DNA of 61,126 nt, counting the filler. It is 8 parts of 8 records of this genome, joined end to end, with 100 filler letters (N's around TTAATTAATTAA, not from the genome) between each part and the next. Parts side by side here need not be neighbours in the genome. Positions count along the whole stretch, not along the records: positions 1 to 11,885 come from SRR31147125_16120; 7 more parts are not named here. One strand, given 5' to 3'. Both the position numbers and the translations under genes were made by a program. The notes beneath the pieces were generated by a model that did not search any database, had not been told where the DNA came from, and was given only the letters and a program-made list of their open reading frames with translations. This document shows positions 1 through 10,420 of the stretch, piece by piece (positions within the stretch are counted from its first letter, which is position 1; each line of letters starts with the position of its first letter).

Positions 1-764
1 TTTTGGAGCTGCAGGAATACTTATTATCACAGGATGTGCAAGACGAGCTTTTAAAATACGGAAGAAGAACTGGTGTTGGGAATAGCATGGATAATGCCAG
101 CAAAAAAGTGTTTAAGCCAGAGTGGGGGATTGATATAGACCAAAGTCTATCTTATATAAGGATGCCAAACGCAGATGTAATATATGAGGCGCTAAAACTA
201 TATCAAACAGAGTTTAAAAAGCCTTCCAACACTGTATATTGCCTAGACTTTTCTGGAAGTATGTATGGGGATGGGGAATATCAGCTTAAACAAGCGATGG
301 AAACAATTTTAACACCAGAAATTGCAGCGCAGTATTTATTGCAAAATTCTTCTAAGGATAAAACGGCTATTGTGATTTTTAACCATGAGGTAATAGGCAT
401 TACAACAAGTGAGGGAGAAAACACCGAAGTTTTGTATGACGAACTTGCAAATTACGAAGCTACTGGAGGAACCGATATTTATTTTGCGGCATACACAGCT
501 ATTGAGCATTTGATTGATCAGGATTTGAATGGGTGCTTCCCCGCCGTAGTTTTAATGACAGATGGACGCTCTGATAGAGGGAACAGAAAAGAGTTTAATA
601 GTTACTATAAGGGTATAGATCAAGATATACCGATTTTTTCAATTATGTTTGGAGAAGCTGAGGAAGACCAATTGGAAGAATTGGCTGAGATGTCTTCTGG
701 TAGAGTGTTTGACGGAACTCACGATTTAATATCGGCATTTAAAAAAGCAAGAGGATATAACTAG
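1..764 (+). CDS. vWA-domain protein (probably SBP-vWA fusion), 5'-partial
   Basis: MIDAS motif DFSGSM, GGT and VVLMTDG motifs; frame open from window edge; first gene of an XpaC/SBP/TelA cluster. Confidence 0.85.
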   Translation, partial: LELQEYLLSQDVQDELLKYGRRTGVGNSMDNASKKVFKPEWGIDIDQSLSYIRMPNADVIYEALKLYQTEFKKPSNTVYCLDFSGSMYGDGEYQLKQAMETILTPEIAAQYLLQNSSKDKTAIVIFNHEVIGITTSEGENTEVLYDELANYEATGGTDIYFAAYTAIEHLIDQDLNGCFPAVVLMTDGRSDRGNRKEFNSYYKGIDQDIPIFSIMFGEAEEDQLEELAEMSSGRVFDGTHDLISAFKKARGYN

Positions 765-778
765 AAAGGGGCAAGGTA

Positions 779-1378
779 TTGAAAACGATTGTTTCAGCAA
801 TAGTTGGAGGTTTAGTTTTTTTGGCTTTTGCTGCCTTAATACAAACCAGTTTTATTATCTCTATTATAGTAGGTGTTTTGGCATTAATTGCAACCTCACT
901 TATTCTTTCGAGCTCAAAAAGTATTTTAAGTACGGATGAAATGGATAAAAGCAAGTATGAGTTTGATATGATGATAAGAGAAAATAAGGACAAAGTGAGT
1001 TTTTTGAGAAATCATTATTTAAAAATTGAAGATAAAATAGTAAAAAACGAAGCGATAGAGATTTATAAATCTGCAAAATGGATTATAGATAACCTTGAAA
1101 AACATCCAGAGGATTTAAACAGTACTAAAAAATTTATCAACTATTACTTAGATACTGCGCTTAATATCATAGAAAAATATATAGAGTTTGAAAAAGGGTT
1201 AAATTTTTCTGATGATCAAAAACAATCTCTAGAAAAATCTAAGTCAATGATCAGTTTGCTTAATAAATCTTTTAAACATCAAATAAACAAAGTTGTGGAT
1301 AATGATATATTAGAGTTAAAAGTGGAGATGGAGGTTTTGGAAAAAACCTTGAGGGCAGAGGGTATTAGTAATGAATAA
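779..1378 (+). CDS. XpaC-like (5-bromo-4-chloroindolyl phosphate hydrolysis family) membrane-anchored protein
   Basis: Two N-terminal TM segments then helical region with KFINYYLDT and NDILELKVEMEVL; lies upstream of a TelA-family gene. Confidence 0.75.
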   Translation: MKTIVSAIVGGLVFLAFAALIQTSFIISIIVGVLALIATSLILSSSKSILSTDEMDKSKYEFDMMIRENKDKVSFLRNHYLKIEDKIVKNEAIEIYKSAKWIIDNLEKHPEDLNSTKKFINYYLDTALNIIEKYIEFEKGLNFSDDQKQSLEKSKSMISLLNKSFKHQINKVVDNDILELKVEMEVLEKTLRAEGISNE

Positions 1379-2426
1379 ATCAAAAGTTATAGGAATAGCA
1401 ATCTTTATTATAATAATACTGATTGGCGGGTATTTATATTTTGGACCTAAAACGCAAGTTACAGAAATAACAGGCTATGTTGGAGGAGAAAAGATACCGC
1501 TTTTAAAGGATGAACAAGTAATAAAGATACTAAAAAACGAATACGGCATTGAGATAGATTATGTAAAAGCTGGCTCAATAGAGATGGCAAGAGAAGATGT
1601 TAGCCACATGGATTTTATATTTCCTTCAAGCCAAATTGCGTACGAGATATTTAAAGACGAAAATGCAACCCATATAAAGAATTCGGATATCATATTGAAT
1701 TCGCCGATTGTTCTTTATAGTTGGAAAGAAGTTGCAGATGCGTTGGTGAGCCAAGGGATAGCAACGCAAAGAGATGGGATTTATTATGATGTGGACATGC
1801 AAAAGCTGGTTTCTCTTATCGCTAGCCAAAAGGGCTGGAGTGACATTGGACTTGACTTATATGGCAATATAAAAGTAATATGTACAGACCCATTAAAATC
1901 CAACTCTGGTAATATGTATTTGGGACTTTTAGCGAATTCGCTTTGTGGAGATGTGGCTACACTTGAGGATTTAGATACGCATATGCCAACCATAAAAAGA
2001 ATATTCGATGATCTTGGTTTTATGGAATCATCATCAGGAACGCTTTTTGATAGATACATAGTTAGAGGCATTGGTGATAGCCCAATTATTGCAGGCTATG
2101 AATCTCAGATGATTGACTTTGCAATAAATAACCCTGATAAATGGGAAGTGATAAACGATTCTGTTGCGATTATTTATCCAACACCAACTGTTTGGAGTGA
2201 ACATCCATTTATAGCACTAACGGATGCAGGAAAAACTACAATGGATGCACTTTTTGATGAGGAATTGCAAAGAATAGCTACAAATGAGTACGGTTTTAGA
2301 ACACTTTATCCAAGTGATATACAAAAAATTCCGCAAGGAATTGTATATTATGATATTATAGACCAAACGATGCCAATGCCAAAATCACAGGTGATGGAAA
2401 AACTTATGGAAGGGTTGGACGAATAG
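1371..2426 (+). CDS. membrane-anchored substrate-binding-type protein of TelA/vWA clusters
   Basis: N-terminal TM; GYVGGEK, AGSIEM, SPIVLYSW, TDPLKSNSG, YPTPTVWSEHP motifs. Confidence 0.7.
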   Translation: MNKSKVIGIAIFIIIILIGGYLYFGPKTQVTEITGYVGGEKIPLLKDEQVIKILKNEYGIEIDYVKAGSIEMAREDVSHMDFIFPSSQIAYEIFKDENATHIKNSDIILNSPIVLYSWKEVADALVSQGIATQRDGIYYDVDMQKLVSLIASQKGWSDIGLDLYGNIKVICTDPLKSNSGNMYLGLLANSLCGDVATLEDLDTHMPTIKRIFDDLGFMESSSGTLFDRYIVRGIGDSPIIAGYESQMIDFAINNPDKWEVINDSVAIIYPTPTVWSEHPFIALTDAGKTTMDALFDEELQRIATNEYGFRTLYPSDIQKIPQGIVYYDIIDQTMPMPKSQVMEKLMEGLDE

Positions 2427-2561
2427 AGCGATGCATTTATTTGAGTAGAGTTTGCAATAAAAGATTTGGAAAAAGATAGATGGTTATTGATTAGTTAAAC
2501 TAATACTGGTTTTGGAGACTTTAAAGTATTAATATAGAGAAATAATATAAGGAGAAATAAT

Positions 2562-3635
2562 ATGAGTGAAGCAGTTTTAAATTTAGGTGAGATGGTAGAA
2601 TATTCAAAACTTGAACCAAAAGACATTGAAAAGATCGATAAGATTGCAAACCAAATCGATATTTTTGATTCTCAATCGGTTATTGAGTATGGTTATGGTG
2701 CTCAAAGCGAGATTGCTGATTTTTCTGATACGGTTTTAAATCAGATAAGGGCAAAGGATACTGGATATGTTGGAGACATATTGACTAATCTTATGGTTAA
2801 GGTAAAGGATGTAGATGTTAATGGTCTTTCTAAGCAACAAGGGTTTTTTGGTAAGATGTTTGCAAATGCTTCGAAACAAGTAACAAGATTCACAAGCAAA
2901 TATTCTAAAGTAAGCGTTGATATCGATAAAATTGTCGATAACTTAGAACAAACTAAGATGGGACTTTTAAAAGATATCACTTTGCTTGATAACTTATATG
3001 ATAAAAACTTAGACTATATGAAAGAGCTTGAATACTATATATATGCTGGTGATAAAAAGGTAAAAGAGATTGACGAAGTAATAATCCCTGCGGCGCAAAA
3101 AAAAGCTGAAGAAACCAATGCTCCTGATGATGCACAAAGAGTAAAAGATTTGGCTGATCTTAAAACTAAATTTGAAAAGAAAATTCATGATTTAAAATTA
3201 TCCAGAACAATATCTATTCAATCTTGTCCTCAAATAAGGCTTGTTCAAAAAAATGATGAACAGTTGGTCGACAAAATTCAAAGCTCAATAGTAAATACAA
3301 TTCCACTATGGAAAAATCAGATTGTTATTGCTATTTCTATTATGAAGCAAAGAAACGCTCTTGAGCTTCAAAAAGAAGTAACGAATACAACAAATGAGCT
3401 TTTGCAACAGAATTCAGAAATGTTAATGCAAGGTACAATCGAAACTGCTCAAGAATCTGAAAGAGGGATTGTTGACCTTGAGACACTACAAAAGGTTAAT
3501 GAAGATTTAATTACAACAATTGAAGAGACACTAAGGATTCAAAAAGAGGGTAAAGCAAAACGTATGGAAGCAGAAAAAGAACTTACAGTAATGGAAAATC
3601 AATTGAAGAAAAAGTTGATTGAATCAAAGGCATAG
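2562..3635 (+). CDS. toxic anion resistance protein, TelA/KlaA (YaaN) family
   Basis: YGYGAQ, PQIRLVQ, NTIPLWKNQ, ERGIVDLETL motifs; AAGGAG RBS. Confidence 0.92.
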   Translation: MSEAVLNLGEMVEYSKLEPKDIEKIDKIANQIDIFDSQSVIEYGYGAQSEIADFSDTVLNQIRAKDTGYVGDILTNLMVKVKDVDVNGLSKQQGFFGKMFANASKQVTRFTSKYSKVSVDIDKIVDNLEQTKMGLLKDITLLDNLYDKNLDYMKELEYYIYAGDKKVKEIDEVIIPAAQKKAEETNAPDDAQRVKDLADLKTKFEKKIHDLKLSRTISIQSCPQIRLVQKNDEQLVDKIQSSIVNTIPLWKNQIVIAISIMKQRNALELQKEVTNTTNELLQQNSEMLMQGTIETAQESERGIVDLETLQKVNEDLITTIEETLRIQKEGKAKRMEAEKELTVMENQLKKKLIESKA

Positions 3636-3663
3636 GGATAAAAAAGTAATTATAAACATAAGT

Positions 3664-3690
3664 AAGGCACAGATTAATATCTAGTGCCTT
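3664..3690. terminator. probable bidirectional intrinsic terminator
   Basis: AAGGCAC-AGAT...ATCT-A-GTGCCTT hairpin between convergent genes. Confidence 0.6.
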
Positions 3691-3712
3691 TATTATGTAA
3701 AATATAAACGGA

Positions 3713-5314
3713 CTATTTTGCAATGAACTCTTTATAATAATCAAGTAAAACCATTTCTGCATTTCGTGCGAAAATTGAGTTTTGGATATTTACCTGAAAA
3801 ACATCATGTGTTAAAAAGCGTTCTTCAACTAGCTCGATTATTTTTTGCTTCTCTTTAATAAAATCTTGTGATGTATACATGTTTGTTGCAGAAAAGTAAT
3901 AGACAATATCATTTAACTGTTCCTGACTTAGTGCATCTTTATACTCAAAATAAAAATCCTTAGCCGCGTTACTTGCATCTTTAAAATTATACGTACTTAA
4001 AATTTTAGTTTCAATTTCGCCAGTCTGTTCATACCTTTTTACATTAAGCTTAAAACTTAGGCTTTGTATATTTATAAAGGTAAGTGTACCCCAAAAGATA
4101 CTGCTTACATACAATAAAACAAGCCAAAATTTAAAATCATTTTTAAATATTTTAGTAGCCAGTAAGCTAAGGACGAGTAATTGAAAAATGATATATACAT
4201 ATACTAAAATCCTTTTTTCAGTAAATCCAAATTCGTTTTGGTATAAAAACATTTTATAAAAACTTACAATTAACATATACAGGTTTACCATATTAAAATA
4301 CATCATTAATACTTTTAGTGTTTTGTTATTTTGATTACTGCTATTATAAAAAACCATGCAGCTAAGTATTATAATGATATTGATTGCTGAAAGCCATACC
4401 ATCTCAAAAAAACCGCTTCTCGCATATTCGGAGTAACTCATATCAATTGAATCCCAATTCATATTAGTTATAAAAAGATAGTTTACTTGCGTAAAAATAA
4501 ATAAAAGATAAGCAGCTCCAATGATGCTCAAGATAGTAATTATAATAACTTTGTTTATTTGAGGGATGTTAACTGTTTTTTCCGTATTGTAATTTTTTAC
4601 AAGTCCAGTATAAATAAATCCGAAACCGCACATGGTAAAAAACACACCTAAAATTATTTTCCATAACGTACTGCTTATTTCAATATCAGTAGTATAATCT
4701 AAAAGATTTTTAATGGAGCCTTTAAAGAATATATCTGCATCGCTCATTATTGGTAAGATAATTAAAAGTGCAAAAATAGCAATAGCAACACCAACTAATA
4801 CGCTTAAAATGTTCTTATACTTTACTGACTTATTGTTCCTAGCCAAAGATACAGCATTATATATTTGCCCTAGATTAGCTAAAAATGCGAAGTGCTGACC
4901 TATATATCTTTTAATGTTTGGTTTTTCTTTTTTAGAAAAAAGAACAAGCGTTACAAAAAGAGTAGGGTAAACAAGAGATGTTAAAACTGAATAATACATT
5001 ATTGTGGTTCTAAAATATACCGAAGTAAAAATGATAATGATTATTGACCAAAATATAAGATTTTTCTTATCGTATTCTTTGGATCTTATTATCAAAATAT
5101 CAATCAATATTAGACCCACAAGCAATGCTAGAAATAGATTTAGTAGACTATACCCAGCGGTTATAGCAAAGCTGTAGATAAAACCAAAGACTACAGAGCT
5201 GATTACGGCGAACATCATATTTTTTTCTTTCAAAAACACACCTCTAGTAAGCTGAAGTCTTATTTTTTCTTTGCGCAAATTCTTTCTATCGGTAGTTTCC
5301 ATTACATCATTCAT
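3713..5314 (-). CDS. DUF4153/DUF4173 polytopic membrane protein
   Basis: Many TM helices with YSEYARSGFFEM and EFGFTEKRI motifs; start set at ATG 5314 (GAGGAGG RBS, overlapping the 3' end of the HTH gene). Confidence 0.8.
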   Translation of the reverse strand: MNDVMETTDRKNLRKEKIRLQLTRGVFLKEKNMMFAVISSVVFGFIYSFAITAGYSLLNLFLALLVGLILIDILIIRSKEYDKKNLIFWSIIIIIFTSVYFRTTIMYYSVLTSLVYPTLFVTLVLFSKKEKPNIKRYIGQHFAFLANLGQIYNAVSLARNNKSVKYKNILSVLVGVAIAIFALLIILPIMSDADIFFKGSIKNLLDYTTDIEISSTLWKIILGVFFTMCGFGFIYTGLVKNYNTEKTVNIPQINKVIIITILSIIGAAYLLFIFTQVNYLFITNMNWDSIDMSYSEYARSGFFEMVWLSAINIIIILSCMVFYNSSNQNNKTLKVLMMYFNMVNLYMLIVSFYKMFLYQNEFGFTEKRILVYVYIIFQLLVLSLLATKIFKNDFKFWLVLLYVSSIFWGTLTFINIQSLSFKLNVKRYEQTGEIETKILSTYNFKDASNAAKDFYFEYKDALSQEQLNDIVYYFSATNMYTSQDFIKEKQKIIELVEERFLTHDVFQVNIQNSIFARNAEMVLLDYYKEFIAK

Positions 5315-5519
5315 GTGTATCCTCCTCATATTCCAAGATGTCTCCTGGTTGGCATTCAAGTGCTTTGCATATTTTGTTTAGGGTAGAAAACCGTATAGCC
5401 TTAGCTTTTGAGTTTTTTAAGATCGAGAGATTAGCATTTGATAAACCAATTTTTTCAGCCAATTCGCCAGATTTAATTTTTCTCTTCGCCATCATTACAT
5501 CTAAATTAATAATAATCAT
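5307..5519 (-). CDS. Cro/C1-type HTH regulator (YozG-like)
   Basis: MIIINLDVMMAKRK...KAIRFSTL...CQPGDILEY signature. Confidence 0.92.
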   Translation of the reverse strand: MIIINLDVMMAKRKIKSGELAEKIGLSNANLSILKNSKAKAIRFSTLNKICKALECQPGDILEYEEDTHE

Positions 5520-5527
5520 AAAATCAC

Positions 5528-5983
5528 CTATACTGTTAAGTCGATATCCTGTTTGTATAAAACAGCCTGTTTAAAAACATCGGCTAGTACAAAACAAAAT
5601 ACGATCAATATTAGTGAGGCAAAGAGTACAACAAAAGTCATAATTGTAAACAGCATAATCATTTTATAGATTAAAGCAACAACAACTCCCATCATAACAA
5701 AAGCCATAATTCTTAGTGACTTTACATTTTTATGTGTAAATGGATCTTTTTTAACAAGCGATTTAAAAATCTTTCTAAGTTCGTTTTCTACAAAAAAGCC
5801 ACATATACCAATAGGGTATAGAGTTATAAGTAATATGTTTTTAACCTGTTTATATGGGTTTACACCTATATACCAGTCCAGTAAATAAGGCAGTGTAAAT
5901 AAGGATATAAGCGTTATAACCATAAGCAGCAACAATAAAACATTCATAAAATTTGATATTGAATACTTTCCAATAACTTTCAT
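5528..5983 (-). CDS. DUF2975 membrane protein
   Basis: 4 TM segments, DPFTHKNVKSLR and C-terminal DIDLTV; GGAGG RBS; canonical partner of YozG-like HTH. Confidence 0.85.
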   Translation of the reverse strand: MKVIGKYSISNFMNVLLLLLMVITLISLFTLPYLLDWYIGVNPYKQVKNILLITLYPIGICGFFVENELRKIFKSLVKKDPFTHKNVKSLRIMAFVMMGVVVALIYKMIMLFTIMTFVVLFASLILIVFCFVLADVFKQAVLYKQDIDLTV

Positions 5984-6016
5984 TTAATTTTACCTCCAAG
6001 TTGTTTTTATGATTAG

Positions 6017-6045
6017 AGTATAATACTGGAAATACTATTTGTCAA
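6017..6045 (-). promoter_or_regulatory. sigma70-type promoter of the DUF2975-HTH-DUF4153 operon
   Basis: TTGACA-N17-TATACT on minus strand ~35 nt upstream of the start codon. Confidence 0.7.
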
Positions 6046-6053
6046 TATAAATT

Positions 6054-6068
6054 TATCGAATATCGATA
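6054..6068. promoter_or_regulatory. palindromic operator candidate
   Basis: TATCG-AATAT-CGATA just upstream of the -35 box; weaker copy at 6075-6090. Confidence 0.45.
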
Positions 6069-6227
6069 TATTTATATCGCAAAAGCGAAATTAGATTTAA
6101 GGAAGAAAGATTATTAAATAGAATGTTTAATAAAAACACCACACAGCTTCAAAATTATTGAACTGCATGGTGCATTTGTAAAACCAAATTTGATACCGGT
6201 ATTAATTTGTATATTCAATGTATGGTT

Positions 6228-7850
6228 TTATGAGTTTAACGATCTTAGTGATTTATCTTTTGTTGTTATAATAATCCATATAATAAAGTATATATAGCCT
6301 GCAATGTATATTGGGTTATAATACATAAAAAACGTGTCGGGTGAGGTTAAAAACACCAAGAAAGCTTGTCCCATATATGCAACGCATGATAAAAACCAAA
6401 CGTAGTTTTTTCTTATCAACGTCATGATGCCTACAAAAAGAATTAGAACAATGCTTGGTATGATGTTATAAAAAATCCTAAATATAATACTAGGCGTTAA
6501 GTCTTTGTTTACACCTTCTATAAACCTTACAAAGTTATATCTAAACTCTCTATCTATTGGTTTAGATAGAGGATAAAATGTTGTGATATGATTATATCCT
6601 TCTTCCGAGTCGCCATTGATCTTTCCTGGTACCCCTACATTTATTTCTATTTCATCAGTCATAGCAGATGTTACTTCAAAATTTTCTATACGTTCTTGAA
6701 GAAAAATAGGAAGATTGTTTAAAATTAGTTTTAGGCTCGCTATTCTAAACGCTGAAAACTCGTCGTCTGTATAAACCAAGCTTGATCTTGTAATATCTGC
6801 TTTAAAATAAGCGTCAATACCGCTATAGCCACTGTTAACTAACTTTTCAATATCAATTATCTTATCTATATCTTCAAAATATTTTATTTCTTTCTCGTCA
6901 GGATGATCATATTTTTCAATAATGATGCCACCGACTTGTTGAATACTACCAGTAATCTGATACCTATTTTTTAAATGAGTATTTTCCATACCGATGCTTT
7001 GAGGAAAATAAATCATCAACAAGAATATCAAACAGCTAATATAATAATGGCGTTTAACTTTTTTGTCCTTTTGATGATGCGTAGCGATAAGAAATGTTAA
7101 AGGAATCATAACAATAAAAATCATGCATTCGGCTCTCCAAAGCATTGCGATTGCTGATAAGAAAGCTAAAACGATTGCTTTACTATTGCTAATTGTGCTT
7201 TTGTTTAGGTATATAAAAATAAGTTGTAAGAAAACATATAGAATTATATATGAAAGCAACGAAGCCCTTATAGGACAAAGGTTAAAATCTATAACAGAAA
7301 AAAATACAAATGGAATATATATAAGATAAGTTACATTGGATTTTCCAACATACTTATATAAAGTGTACCAGATATCCGCTAGAATCAATGAGATCAATAA
7401 GTTTTGAACAATAAGCACACCAGCAGGGAAAGGAATAAGCATCATTGACAGCGTATAATATACAGTTGTTAAAAGGTGCTGCCAATAGAATACTCCCATA
7501 TATCTTGATTGGATAGCAACTCCAACGTCATCAGAACGCCAAACACCAGGCCATGATAGAATAAGAAATACCATCATAAAGCCAAAATAAGCTAAGAAAG
7601 TATAAAACTTTTTTCTGAAATCTTTATTTTGTTTAATTTTTTTAACTAGTATAGGCACGTATTGCCAAAAAATAAGTAAAACAATAAAAAGCAAAAATTT
7701 ATATCCCAATACTTTTGCAATAATCCTCTTTGAATGAAGCTGATTATAATACCTAAATGCAAAATTATCGTTGATAAAAGTTAAAAGCGTATGGATAATA
7801 GCTATCAGTACATACTTTTTATTGAGTTTTCTATAAAATTCTACAAACAT
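6228..7850 (-). CDS. polytopic membrane protein, probable GT-C-type glycosyltransferase (DUF6020-like)
   Basis: ~12 TM segments with first-loop WPGVWRSDD motif and a large external loop; last gene of glycosylation operon; start at ATG 7850 after GAGGT. Confidence 0.55.
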   Translation of the reverse strand: MFVEFYRKLNKKYVLIAIIHTLLTFINDNFAFRYYNQLHSKRIIAKVLGYKFLLFIVLLIFWQYVPILVKKIKQNKDFRKKFYTFLAYFGFMMVFLILSWPGVWRSDDVGVAIQSRYMGVFYWQHLLTTVYYTLSMMLIPFPAGVLIVQNLLISLILADIWYTLYKYVGKSNVTYLIYIPFVFFSVIDFNLCPIRASLLSYIILYVFLQLIFIYLNKSTISNSKAIVLAFLSAIAMLWRAECMIFIVMIPLTFLIATHHQKDKKVKRHYYISCLIFLLMIYFPQSIGMENTHLKNRYQITGSIQQVGGIIIEKYDHPDEKEIKYFEDIDKIIDIEKLVNSGYSGIDAYFKADITRSSLVYTDDEFSAFRIASLKLILNNLPIFLQERIENFEVTSAMTDEIEINVGVPGKINGDSEEGYNHITTFYPLSKPIDREFRYNFVRFIEGVNKDLTPSIIFRIFYNIIPSIVLILFVGIMTLIRKNYVWFLSCVAYMGQAFLVFLTSPDTFFMYYNPIYIAGYIYFIIWIIITTKDKSLRSLNS

Positions 7851-7860
7851 CACTGACCTC

Positions 7861-8588
7861 TTATAAATCAATAGTTTTCCCTTTAAATTCATCTAGCTCA
7901 TTTGGTGTTCCAAGCACATGAACTTTGTCCTGTTTTACATCAGAAATATATATTTCCATTCCTTTACTTATCATATAATTATACATAGGAGCTATATATT
8001 TTTCGTTTTTCTCATTATTGCTTTCGTCAAAGTAATACTCGTTATAAACATCTTCGTAAAGCTTTGCAGATTTAAAATAGTACGCACCAAGCGTGCAATT
8101 TTCAGAAACCCTAACTTTTTCTCTAACTTCAATTGCTTTTCCATCGTTACCAAGTTTAACAAAGCTCCAATGATCTCCTTCGCCTTTAAAGCAAGGAATA
8201 AACCATCGCCTTTTAAATCGCAATATTTCATTTGATTAGGATATACAAAAGTGTCTATATTGTATATAAGAAGCTCTTCGTTTTGGTTCCAACAATCTTT
8301 TGCAAGCATTGCGGTTGTAGCTTGACCATCTGTAAGATAATCTATCTCTATTACCTCGATGTTTTTGATTCCTAATTTTTCAAGCTCGGAAGTTATAAAG
8401 TCTTTAGAATCATCTTCTGACCTTACGATAAATATATATTTATTCGCCTTTTCTTTATAGCCTTCAAGGCTCAACATAGACCATGTGAATAAAGTCTTAT
8501 TATGAGCAATAATCATATGTTTAGGCTTGTTATAACCTGCTTTTTTGAATCTAGAACCAAGCCCGGCCATTGTTATAAGTATATTCAT
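7861..8588 (-). CDS. sugar nucleotidyltransferase-like protein (BcbE-like), split by a 1-nt deletion at ~8200-8202
   Basis: ITMAGLGSRF...KPK N-terminus in one frame; FIPCF-GDHWSF...EKYIAPMYN...LGTP in the next; restoring one T in GGT-TT(T)-ATT fuses them. Confidence 0.8.
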
Positions 8589-8986
8589 TATTTTAAATCC
8601 TTTTTGCTTTTTTCGCAGATATCCAAGAGTTCTTGGTGATTATATTTCAAAAATTCATCAGGTCTTACGCTTCTATCATCAACGTAGAATCCTTTTTTTT
8701 CTGGCCACGGTTTACCGTATATTATTTCATCATATTCGATTTCCCATTTATCCAACCACTTTAAAAGTACTTTAGCAGTGTTTGCATTAATAAGCCCAAT
8801 CTGACCGTTGTGGGTTCTCATATTTCTTGCAGTAAAAAGAACAATTTTTGCGCCTTCTTCTTTGTACTCGTGTATCTTTTCTACCATATTTTTGTATGGA
8901 ATAAGGTCAGCATATTCCTCGTTTGGCTTTTTGATTGGACACAGAGTGCCATCTATATCAATAACCAATTTTACTTTTTCAAGCAT
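8588..8986 (-). CDS. HAD-superfamily capsule-biosynthesis phosphatase (EcbF/BcbF-like)
   Basis: DIDGTL, LFTARNM, YGKPW, FYVDDRSVRP motifs. Confidence 0.88.
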   Translation of the reverse strand: MLEKVKLVIDIDGTLCPIKKPNEEYADLIPYKNMVEKIHEYKEEGAKIVLFTARNMRTHNGQIGLINANTAKVLLKWLDKWEIEYDEIIYGKPWPEKKGFYVDDRSVRPDEFLKYNHQELLDICEKSKKDLK

Positions 8987-10418
8987 TTTCTATTTCCTCC
9001 AAAATCTTAATAGCATTTAATACAAAAGCAAAAACATTCCTAGGTTTATCAGCATGCAAAGGCAGCATTGATAGAAATAACGAACATTCGTAAAGTCTAA
9101 TTTCATAATAATCTAAACCTAATTCATCTAAGTAAGATTTGAAAACGTCTTTGTAGTAGTCGTTGTTAAAATCAATATCCAAAACAAAATTCATTTCATC
9201 GTTTAAGTAAATATCAAACAAATGAGTGTTAATATAATCATAATTTCCGCAAACTGAATGAGAAAGTTTTGCTATATCATAAGTATCAATTACAAAAGCA
9301 TCCTCTTCGGTAAGGGCTCCCATTGGGTCTATAAGTTTTACGGTATTTGTGTATTCATCATATAAAATATTGGAATAGCAAAGGTCACCATGACCAATAG
9401 CAAAGTTATAGTTGCTTTTTTTATTGGATGATATTTTTTCGTATAAGTCATAGTACTTCTTTGTCAGACAGTCGATGCTGTCATATTTTGTACCACTTTT
9501 AATAAACGCTTGTAAATCATCAAAAATATCGCATTCTTTTAGTGTGTCAATTCTACTTAAAACTTTATCGTAATATAGTTTTTTTGAAACTTCCATGTAT
9601 TTGTCTTTAGATACTTCTTTTGTTTGTCTTGTCTGTACAAAATAGAACAATTTCTTAATCAGTTGGTTAAAAGAATCATGTGATACGGCATTGTGGACCC
9701 ATTGCAGAGCAACATCAGTCATCAAAAGACGTTCCATAGTATAACTTGCATAATCTGAGGTTTCTTTATAATCGTAAGGTTGAACAAACCAGTGCTTTTG
9801 ACTCTCACATAAAAGATCATACAATTTATATTCCTTTTTAATTTTAGATATGTTCTTTGATTGTTTTGTTACAGTATAATCAGTGTATGTTATAGAGTTG
9901 AAATACCTAGTTGAAAACGAATCTGTAATATACTTTTGAAAGTTTTTATAGTTATCAACACACATAGCAAAATCCATGTTGTACAGAGTGTAGTATTCAT
10001 AATCCAAATCTTCTTTGTGTAGGTGATCTTTTAAAAATTTGATATAACTACTTTTGTTAGAAAATCCAAATGCAATAGTTTTTTCGTTTTTGCATATGAT
10101 ATTTGTGTTAGAATACTGAGATTTTTCAAGAAAGAGATAAAACTTTTCTTTATCGATCAATACTGAACAAGAAAACCAATGCAAAAAAGCTGTGTCCTCA
10201 TTGCAGGAATCTAGAGAGGAGATGAGCCTATTTACTTCATCATAATTTGATAAAGTAGTAAATTTGCAAAAATCGTAGTCCGTTGACTCCAATATATGAT
10301 TTATAAAAGACTTCTTTTTGAAGATAATATCAGAATATCGGTTATCGCCTACTATTTTTTTTACAGCCTCGGTTGGAGGTGTTATATCATCATAAATAAA
10401 TCTTAATTTTGTATTCAT
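8979..10418 (-). CDS. capsule-biosynthesis protein with APH/choline-kinase-like C-terminal domain (BcbG-like)
   Basis: TRYFNSI, HGDLCYSNIL, LIDP, YDIAKLSHS, LFLSMLPLH motifs. Confidence 0.75.
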   Translation of the reverse strand: MNTKLRFIYDDITPPTEAVKKIVGDNRYSDIIFKKKSFINHILESTDYDFCKFTTLSNYDEVNRLISSLDSCNEDTAFLHWFSCSVLIDKEKFYLFLEKSQYSNTNIICKNEKTIAFGFSNKSSYIKFLKDHLHKEDLDYEYYTLYNMDFAMCVDNYKNFQKYITDSFSTRYFNSITYTDYTVTKQSKNISKIKKEYKLYDLLCESQKHWFVQPYDYKETSDYASYTMERLLMTDVALQWVHNAVSHDSFNQLIKKLFYFVQTRQTKEVSKDKYMEVSKKLYYDKVLSRIDTLKECDIFDDLQAFIKSGTKYDSIDCLTKKYYDLYEKISSNKKSNYNFAIGHGDLCYSNILYDEYTNTVKLIDPMGALTEEDAFVIDTYDIAKLSHSVCGNYDYINTHLFDIYLNDEMNFVLDIDFNNDYYKDVFKSYLDELGLDYYEIRLYECSLFLSMLPLHADKPRNVFAFVLNAIKILEEIENA

Positions 10419-10420
10419 AA

